Source: an archaeon (GTDB lineage Archaea; Iainarchaeota; Iainarchaeia; Iainarchaeales; CSSED10-239). From it: a stretch of 32,000 bases of DNA. The translations under genes were made by a program, and so were the position numbers. Numbering within the stretch: position 1 is the first letter of the stretch; the number at the start of each line of letters is the position of its first letter. Under the pieces are notes generated by a model that saw only the letters and a list, made by a program, of their open reading frames with translations, did no database searches and had not been told where the DNA came from. Below, piece after piece: positions 9,801 through 16,400 of the stretch. The DNA is taken from contig JBAYPN010000003.1 in NCBI GenBank assembly GCA_041677685.1, forward strand, positions 1 to 32,000. Direction: 5' to 3'.

Positions 9801-10064
9801 TATTATTAAGAATAAAATAAAGCTTGGAAATAGTTTATCTATTTTGTCTGTAAGTTTGTTAAGAGGTACCACTCTACTTATAAAGTCAACAAGATCATAA
9901 TATTTATCTTCTAGATAAAAATAAACCCTTTTTGGAAGAGTTGCTCTTTTTGAGAAAGTTACTTTTGGCTTTTTAATTTTAGAAGAGTCTTTTAAATTTC
10001 TCTCTAAATCTTTTTTAGCTTCTTCTAATTTTTTTAGCTTATCATCATTTGTTATTTCTGTCAT
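3852..10064 (-). CDS. Giant (2070 aa) N-terminally membrane-anchored surface protein with beta-sandwich (CarboxypepD_reg/PEGA-like) domains and the shared C-terminal module
   Basis: Uninterrupted 6.2-kb ORF in AT-rich DNA. A roughly 78-aa charged cytoplasmic head is followed by TM FPSFILFLIIIAAIIYLLV. Domains such as ISVEVTDSFNNQLNDALVELKLN...GETQFLEV fit the CarboxypepD_reg pattern. Many N-x-S/T sequons and Cys residues. The C-terminal ~500 aa are paralogous to the 2465-aa and 1009-aa proteins. Confidence 0.95.
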   Translation of the reverse strand: MTEITNDDKLKKLEEAKKDLERNLKDSSKIKKPKVTFSKRATLPKRVYFYLEDKYYDLVDFISRVVPLNKLTDKIDKLFPSFILFLIIIAAIIYLLVSGTISFNISKVHNISVEVTDSFNNQLNDALVELKLNDEVITSQTTDVFGETQFLEVKGKGLAVLIVSKENYISKNIGFKLNKKNLSHSVSLDINTEYALINSNNQEQDREIKFFDNQDLLIISSLSVTFSCSNLGIIPEPSYKNVTSGIVVVKQPANCGELRVSVSSDSYNDISNKVVPENNKVILTRNNTDKGTLTVNAKRIDQSAITDATANLYTSTHPDFIAHTGTTDTYGRHVFDILPGSYLTNLNKEGFLFIPKQGPYTVNVGQNKDVNLYLFTAQELEDFDCDDPNYSMFCVDGEIDCSNSFLQPYLTQISDGCTIGNIGYLNVELLDVDTNEEVIGNILLYSKLKGTDSNYSSTGQIVVEESSANFDLIDLYDYQVRVSGTEDYGYISPEPYDVNSLDQNITIYLEYASELNSGIVSVNVNDTFGNNVNGAKVYLFRESLNEEEFILINEIPEITNSQGDVNFYSQRANREYYAFSIHNYENLQGQSNIKELDANDVLELEIDLEFIPKILNLKVNEIDYDINFYNYVNEPVLNYIVNPVTGQDYNKQYIFEDDVSKVYAVVSKQGFTTYQTELITLRPNHEIFKEIELESLSSCQDLDLVVVGLFDESGESEISNIDFVNNTLNQNYQLKFKYISCLENKELSFAHIRAGKQHLIDNDYIYINNLNIQSEEIDKAFGYSFAGELTDWNSLFYNNNYEFDHTYSWTEDESKWLEINFSDSNINIVEFSVGINFNQNMISPFENYVINYRALSRNDSNYVFKPSFSNPENWTIVPQGYFYSKTSKFEIPFDTEDYILDWELLDSSDVPLEKTGGAYYLDVGANYKYNTDYIYLNDQNRTGDYNSSSIYTNNNLIYDNYLFIDKYHRNPSYVPVNSPNLLISDLNAYFGYYFSVKKNISVDGFCQTINEPKIVTKIFDPFTTPLKIPIYTYNDTLQYSVSVLSSNPNGDIFVGDNNLTFKVIDNVNNIGIGGVEVKYVLPDSTEHTVGITNSSGIIDDFDLFVDLELLGANIKFNFLFDSSLGLPNNTISVNKKVMSGVYVGTSSLTYNINYINVNDNIQYNISENTYDISNKNSSLEDVKLQEVTLNLTGANNSKYFKILQTKEKISSQNSLPLLLDAEAKIIKAPVVVDGSQVNLVIQTPFTVSGKFENLIKVNSSKTQYIDLPNLTFNFVKFGDLNLNLVSESTYGLITETEDKLTTVELIKEKVDTINLDYNIFLPDISKGGSGNNITLNNIVASAVTPHLENIINLQTLNTQLQNDYSNLEITSIPKTLKIPIKAKAISQDPETFDKLRLEFNLGLGNKDITVTKEVLVRVLDKDKLFEIDPHDDYFINCTSDSDCNLEVIYKTTNKTQTYDLNFTKLTYENLPSNLLDIEVSYGALPFISVGEYKNLKFTLNSNFESLEELKKDVDSNLDIFFKFDFAGNKSSFYKKNIIVKSRYLPNVEVEWPEGIRGKLCLGVGANIQEDGSLFIFGDCQVKDEYSQCRSGESALPKVRYDWAVNTSNKINWKGYNLESSEVTCVSSSEEYDTTGKFYCDSAQLLITSLVRLKDNNSEDFYIYLVGDKVSKDLLNDFIDYAGDFGNVDFSDFKETFFNKVSVGNSDFKITKDSSLPGLYKVEVDGFLENKLDLNISFVQEIPVNQINMFYYLPIDGPLGMSLSADQTRFGYGTKNDYIDNLSSEEILLYYLNSNDTLKLLELEKEGYQENPINLNLRNYDSGFETSTVKGVLNSNGTLLNISKEETSSQDIVSLKLDYSPSYPVPIFARAGCFKENNLNYILKTPNNLVEVVPNNFLTWDFNSEINDSSFDSVSKLEDYKQSLSSGGYNNHSLDLKSKIGGYDISSALVSTTLYFPASQTIDNYKLFVRNIENSTNDENTFLYGLEDLKGIKDMALKSNISNIVFSINKLFDLIEDNKACIYSSKESTYIKWNEDNTKFTKEQIDSIKEDFLSYPSTCSSGSGPGNTTTQ

Positions 10065-10067
10065 AAA

Positions 10068-12458
10068 TTACCAAGTATTTGAAATTTTAAAGATTGGTGT
10101 AAAAGGGATTTTAAAAAATTTTTGACTTTGAAAAGGCACAATTAAAGTTCCTCTTAAGACATAAGGCTGTCCTGCACAATAAAGATAATCGTTTTCTCTA
10201 AAGGTATATTCAGGATCATAATTCCATCTTAGATTGTCTTTAGTTACTTTATACTCATATAATCCTAGATCATCATCATAAACTGGAATGATGTCTTCGG
10301 TGTTTGTGTATATTGGAAGTTTCTGATTTTTAACATTTATTTTAAATATCCCATTAAAATTTGAATACTCAGAACTCCAAGTAGAAGGGTCCCAATTTAA
10401 AGAATCATAAGCATAATATATGTTTAGATCATTTGCTTTAATTGTTCCTTGTTTATCAGAATATAAAGAGTATTCTTGAGAAATTCTAAAAGAGGAATTA
10501 TCTAAAGAGATAATGTCACAATAAGGACAATATTTATAATCTATATCCTTAGAGCCAATAGCTATTTGATTTCTAAAAATATTATCCATGTCTAAATTGT
10601 TTGTTACAGAAAGATTAAGTTTATCTGTAAAATAATTAACATTTGAAGTAGTGTCAACATAACAACCATTAATATTTATTTGCCTACATTCTGAGTTGTA
10701 GCCTGAGGTCCTTGTTTTATCAACATTTACTGTATGTAAGGTCTTAGGCAAATAACTTCTTGTTTGTAAATAATTAATATTTATATTTGAATAATTGTAA
10801 CTATCACAATTAAAATTTCTCAGATCATCTTCACTAACCATTTTAATTTCTAAATCCTTTGATTTATTATCTAAATAATCAATATCTAAATCATATAATC
10901 TGCCAGGACTTCCATCAACTGCATTTTGTATACAGCTTTCTTTTTTTTCAGTAATTAAACCTTTTTTCCCAGTAGCCACATCTAAATTAAATTTAGATTC
11001 AAAAGTGTTTGTAATATTATCAAAAATTATTTCAGCAACAGTTCCGGCATTCCCACCATTCCCTGCATAACTTCTTTTTTTATCACAATGATTAATCTTT
11101 TTTCCACCGTTTCCACCATTTCCAGCAGTAATGTTTAAATCTAAAATTCCTTCATTATAAACAGAAGTATTATTTCTCCAAAAGATGTGACTTGAATTCC
11201 CACCGTTCCCACCATGTGCAAAATTAGCAGTATTTCCTCCTCCATGATCAAAACCAGAATCTCCTCCATTCCCACCATTTCCTGAGATTATAGAAATATT
11301 TAAATTTGAATCAATAGAATAGTTATTTATTTCAAAAACATTAAAATCGATATTTCCTGAATTTCCTCCATTTCCACCAAAACCTACAGAACCAGTATCG
11401 CCAATTGATTCAGAACCTTGCCCTGCTAAACCCCCATTTCCTGATTTTAAATTTAAATTTAAGTTTAAATAATTTTCAATTAAATTAGTATTAGTTATAG
11501 GAAGTAAAAATACAGATCCTCCATAACCCCCAAACCCACCTAGTTTCCCTTTATATTCTTTACCCCAAGAATACCCTTTATTTCCATTTGCAGCAATTAC
11601 ATCAATATTTAAATTTCCATAATTTGTAATTGATGAAAAATATAAACTAGAAGACCCACCCTTAATAATATCTCCAAAATTTCCTTCTTCAGATTGATCT
11701 CCAGGATTACAAATATTAGGATTATCATCATCAACTTTTGCAATAACTTTTATTTCTGATGGATTGTCAATATTGTTTTCTTCAACAACCACATCACTTA
11801 AAAATAATGAGACCCCATACTTTCTTTCTTTAGATAATGACGAACAAGCATTAGTTCCTCTTGGTTCTTCATCCATTGTTATATTAGAGCCTTTATTTAG
11901 AATTATCTTAGAATCTTCAATTCCAAATTTAAATTTTGTGTGCATGTCTAAAGAATTGTTTTCTGCAAGATCATCATTAGCAACATAAATTCTCACATCA
12001 TGTCCATTAGTTCTTAAGGTACCTCCAAATGAAAAGTTACCATCATAATCTTGTCCAGTAATATTTAAAACAATGTTTGAAGTTAAAATCAAAGTTGTGT
12101 TTTTTCCTTCACAAGCAGAATTTTTTGAAATTTCTAAAATGTTTGAAAAAGATAAAGGATTTGGAGTTAAAACATCATCAGCACAAGTCTCATAGCAAAG
12201 GACATTACCATCACTACAAGCAGATTCACATGTGCCAAAGTTTGAAATATTATTTTGGCTTGATTGGGGAAAAGAGATCAATGCAAAGTAACAATTTTGA
12301 TTAGAGCTATCACACCCAAGATTGTATAATTGAGCATTTTGAGGAGTTATCTGTGAACTTTCCAATTCACAAAGATCAGCAGATATAAAACTACTTAAAA
12401 ATATAAATGATATTATAATTAAAAATATTTTAATTTTGATTGTATTCTTGTAAACCAT
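10068..12458 (-). CDS. Secreted 796-aa protein: Cys-rich N-domain, Gly/Asn-rich (GNGGNGG) repeat region, Asn/Tyr-rich C-domain
   Basis: ATG start. Signal peptide ...FLSSFISA|D. Repeat region at aa ~280-500. Stop lies 3 nt before the start of the 2070-aa gene, suggesting an operon. Confidence 0.92.
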   Translation of the reverse strand: MVYKNTIKIKIFLIIISFIFLSSFISADLCELESSQITPQNAQLYNLGCDSSNQNCYFALISFPQSSQNNISNFGTCESACSDGNVLCYETCADDVLTPNPLSFSNILEISKNSACEGKNTTLILTSNIVLNITGQDYDGNFSFGGTLRTNGHDVRIYVANDDLAENNSLDMHTKFKFGIEDSKIILNKGSNITMDEEPRGTNACSSLSKERKYGVSLFLSDVVVEENNIDNPSEIKVIAKVDDDNPNICNPGDQSEEGNFGDIIKGGSSSLYFSSITNYGNLNIDVIAANGNKGYSWGKEYKGKLGGFGGYGGSVFLLPITNTNLIENYLNLNLNLKSGNGGLAGQGSESIGDTGSVGFGGNGGNSGNIDFNVFEINNYSIDSNLNISIISGNGGNGGDSGFDHGGGNTANFAHGGNGGNSSHIFWRNNTSVYNEGILDLNITAGNGGNGGKKINHCDKKRSYAGNGGNAGTVAEIIFDNITNTFESKFNLDVATGKKGLITEKKESCIQNAVDGSPGRLYDLDIDYLDNKSKDLEIKMVSEDDLRNFNCDSYNYSNININYLQTRSYLPKTLHTVNVDKTRTSGYNSECRQININGCYVDTTSNVNYFTDKLNLSVTNNLDMDNIFRNQIAIGSKDIDYKYCPYCDIISLDNSSFRISQEYSLYSDKQGTIKANDLNIYYAYDSLNWDPSTWSSEYSNFNGIFKINVKNQKLPIYTNTEDIIPVYDDDLGLYEYKVTKDNLRWNYDPEYTFRENDYLYCAGQPYVLRGTLIVPFQSQKFFKIPFTPIFKISNTW
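10959..11621 (-). repeat. Protein-level repeat array, about 50-54 aa period, each unit an L-N-(I/L)-x-(I/V/L) strand followed by GNGGNGG-type glycine runs
   Basis: Units begin at LNIDVIAANGNKG, LNLNLKSGNGGLAG, LNISIISGNGGNGG, LDLNITAGNGGNGG and FNLDVATGKKG. The DNA shows recurring ccaccattcccacc-type segments. Confidence 0.8.
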
Positions 12459-12613
12459 ATTTTTTCAAATTTAATTTATTTTATTATTTTAATTCTATTT
12501 ACTTTTACATTTTATGTATTCTAATTTAAATTTACACTATATTTTCTGTAATTTATTTTTACATTTTTTTTCTTAACTTAGACAAACATTATATTTTTTA
12601 AAAATGTTTATTT

Positions 12614-13279
12614 TTATTTTTTTAGCTCAAACCAAAAGGCAAAATCTTTATTACCGTAATCAACACTATTAAATACCATATTAAAATTATAAGAATTGTT
12701 ATAATTTCCTAAATAGGAATTGTTGTAAATATTTTGAGAACTGTTCTTAATATAAAATATAAATAAATCATTATTATATGTTTTTTGAGACAAAGTATAG
12801 TTTTTATTTTCGGAAGAATCTTTAAATTTTGGATCATTAAAAGTATAATCTTTATCTAACTCTAAATTGTTACCAACATTATCTTTTAAAACTCCAAAAA
12901 TAAAAGGTGTCATATATATATTTTTATCAAAAAGATCACCAGATATAGAAAAACCATCTCCTAAATCTTTAGGTTCTCCTTGTGGGTCTCCTGAAGGTTC
13001 TCCTTGTGGGTCTCCTGAAGGTTCTCCTTGTGGATCTTCAGGTAAAGTTGTGTTTTCTCCATAAGTTACTTCACATAAATCATAACAATTAACAAGATCA
13101 ATTTGACAATCAATCACACAAGTTTGTGGGTCAGGATCATCATTACAATTTATCAATTGAATAGAATACTCTACACCACATTCAGTCTTACATTCACTTA
13201 AGTCGTCTGCAGATATAAATGAGCTAAGCATAATAACTAACACAAATAATAAAAATATTTTTCCTAACTTCATAAGCAT
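12614..13279 (-). CDS. Secreted 221-aa protein: 7-Cys N-domain, PQGEPSGD tandem repeat linker, Asn/Tyr-rich C-domain
   Basis: ATG start. Signal peptide ...MLSSFISA|DD is nearly identical at the cleavage region to that of the 796-aa protein. AT-rich TATA-like element AAATATATTTA at -30 to -20. No SD motif. Confidence 0.88.
   Translation of the reverse strand: MLMKLGKIFLLFVLVIMLSSFISADDLSECKTECGVEYSIQLINCNDDPDPQTCVIDCQIDLVNCYDLCEVTYGENTTLPEDPQGEPSGDPQGEPSGDPQGEPKDLGDGFSISGDLFDKNIYMTPFIFGVLKDNVGNNLELDKDYTFNDPKFKDSSENKNYTLSQKTYNNDLFIFYIKNSSQNIYNNSYLGNYNNSYNFNMVFNSVDYGNKDFAFWFELKK
12972..13043 (-). repeat. 24-bp in-frame tandem repeat (2 perfect copies plus 1 degenerate copy) encoding (GEPSGDPQ)n
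   Basis: ggttctccttgtgggtctcctgaa occurs at 12972-12995 and 12996-13019, with a degenerate third copy at 13020-13043. The segment is locally GC-rich relative to its surroundings. Confidence 0.9.
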
Positions 13280-13424
13280 CTACACAATAGTATTTAGATA
13301 AATATATTTATTAATATATCTTTTAGCCTAATAACCTAAAAATCATCAATTTTAATTTAAAAAATAAAAATAAAATAAATTATAAAATAAAAATTAAAGA
13401 TAAAAATAAAAAAAATAATTGCCC

Positions 13425-16400
13425 TTAATTACAATCAAAGGCATCATCAGGAGCTTCTACATGTTTTTGAGCATCATAAATCTTTTCTGGATTCCACCAA
13501 AACTCAGAAACTGTACCATCTGCAGAGTTTGTTACACAAACTTCTCTAGATTTTATTTTTTCAAAAATATTATTAATTGATTTAATTTGAGATGCCTTGC
13601 CACTACTTCCAAAACTACTTGGGTCTAAAGAAACATCAATTCCATTTTGCTTTTGAACATTTATAGAATAATCTTTATTGTATGGTGTGTAAATTATTGA
13701 TCTTAAATAAACTTTGCCTTGGTAATTTACAATTGGCCATTCTAATTTATATCCGTTTTTAATTGGATCTCCTGCTAAGGTAATATGATCGAAGGTATTA
13801 TTAAATGAAGAATATATGTCTTCTCCTGAAAGATCACAACCTTGTCCAACACCAGTCCATCTTGTAAATGTTTCTTCTCCATAAACAGCAGTATTATTAG
13901 AGTTATCCATTATCTTATAGTAGACTTCAAAAGGAGTAATCTTTGAGTTTTTTACAGACATTAAAACTGGAGTTGCAACACTTGGACTAAATATTAAATT
14001 AACAATATCTTCTGTAGATGTTATTTTTAAAATATTTCCTCTTGTTCCTACTTCTGAATTTATTTTAAAAATATTATCTACTGCTTCTATGTTTAAATAT
14101 TTAAATGGATTTGAGCCTTTATCATAATAACTTCTTACTTGATCAACTTGTGAGGCATCTCCAATAATTATATCATCATTACCTGAATAAGCCAAACCAT
14201 ATCCTTGTCTATTATATCCTGTGTCTGCATAACCTACAAGTCCATTAAATGGTAGTCTATAGAAAGCACTACTTGTTTCTGGTCCTTTAACATATGAGAA
14301 AGTAACAAAAGAATTTAGGTCTACTTTGTTATTGTTAACCATCTTCCAACCATCATTACCAAATATAAAGTCTATATCTATATCATAAAGTCCAGGTGTA
14401 AGAATGGTTACTTCTTCTTGATTTCCTGAATATTTTAAACTATAATTTAGATTATTTATAAACAATTTAGATAAGTACCCATCATCTGTCTGACCATTAA
14501 ACATTCCTGGAGATGACATTAGAGCAAACTCTCCAACACCAGCACCACTATCAATAGATGCTTTTCCACCATAGGTTCTGTCGAAATCATTTTTGAAATT
14601 TATATTATAATTATCAGTTATTAGCTTTGCTTTAAATTTAAGTAAATTTCTTAAAGTTGAAATGTCTTCTTGACTCCAACCATTACCCCCATTAACAGTC
14701 ACATTTTCAGGATATTGGTTAGCATTAAACCACATGTCTATAAAGTCAATTCCATTATAAATTAAGGTCATTGCTGGAACTTTACAACCACTTGTTTCTG
14801 GAGCTTTATAATTTTCTAAAGTTATTTCTGTGGAGAAACTATTATACTCTGAATAGTTTCCTGTGTAGTTTAATGAAAGAGAAATGTTTTCATCTAATAT
14901 CTTTTGAGTATTGGAACCAAATCTAAAGATTATGTCTGAAAAGTTATCTTCTCCAGATGGTGTTATTATATCATAACTATTTGCAATTGATTGCTCATCA
15001 AACTCTCCTGTTGAGTGATTATAAATTTCTACTTTTGTTGCAGGGTAATTTTCAAAAGTAGCAGTAACTGTTCCTGTTCTACTATCATTTGTTCTATTCT
15101 CTACAGACATATGCACAATAAACTGATTATCCTCAGTTCCAAATTTAACATCTGAGATTCCAACTTTTCCAAGAGGTATTTCATTTGTTACTCCATCTTC
15201 TTCTGCAACATATTGGTAAGTTCCTTCTAATGCTTCATCAGCAACTTGTTTATTGCTCTTTGGGCATTGAACATTTCTTTGCTCAATAAATTTTTTTGCT
15301 TTATCAATTCTATTTAAAATTACTTGAGTTAGTTGTGTTGCATCACAATAATTATCTTCACAATCATAAATATTATCTAAATCCCACTTCCAATCTAAGT
15401 TAACTTCAGGAACCGCACCTGGTCCAGTAAATCCAAGTTTATCTGAGTCTGTCATACAAGAATATACATTCAGATCAACATTTGGTTTTTCTTCAGTTTT
15501 TGGTAAATGGAATTCCACTCTATATTTTCCAATTCTTTGTGAGTCTTTAAAAGCTAAGTCTTGTTGACTTAAAGAATCATTTAAGGTTGGGTAGAAGTCG
15601 TATGTTTTATATTGACTTAATCTTGAACTATTCTTTATAACGTCATAAGCTGAATTATCAATAACAAAAGTAATTGGTTTGATTCCTGCTTGTTCAGGCC
15701 AAACAGTTTCATCTGAATTACATATTGAATAAATATTAAACTCTGCATTTACTTTCTTTCTAGGAATTGAACCATCACAATCTATTTTGAAATTTGTATA
15801 ATCTTCATTTGATCCTGCTTCATCAACTCTTAAATTTGAACAAATACTAGTATTAATTATATCTAAAATATATTCTTGTTCTTCAACAACCGAATTTTGA
15901 TAATTACATTTTGGCACAACTACATTTAAAGTTTTATCTTCTGCTAACTTTCCTTTAATATTTACATATTTATTTAAATAAGTAGTATATCTTGCACCAG
16001 TAACATCAAAAATATTTAGATATTCTTCCTCTAATTCATAATTATTTAAATTAATAACTTTTAATTGTTCAAAATCACTAAAGGTATATTCATCTGAGAC
16101 ATCTAAAATTCTATTTGATTCCTGAATATCATAATCAGATATAAAAATTGGAGTAACTAACATTGCAATTGCTGCAGTACCGGCAAGTATCCAACCAAAT
16201 GGTGGCACTATACTACCTGTTACAATTATTGTTTTTAAACCAATTAATAATGCTACTGTAATAGTTGCTGCTGCTCCAGCCCCAATTGATGTTCCTAAAT
16301 AACTTCCAAATCCAGGTCCATTAGCGTTAACCAAATTCTCTTTTTCATTAAATAACATCTTTGCAAAGATAGAAGAATCACTATCAAAGCCATCACTCAT

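Noticed and set aside
10959-11621. Assignment of the Gly-rich repeats to the RTX, PE-PGRS or Chlamydial Pmp families.
   Set aside because: The nonapeptide GGxGxDxUx periodicity, the PE domain and the GGA(I/L/V)/FxxN motifs are all absent. Only the composition is similar.
12972-13043. Possible CRISPR-like repeat.
   Set aside because: The 24-bp copies are directly abutting with no spacers. They are in frame within a CDS and encode a Pro/Gly/Glu repeat.
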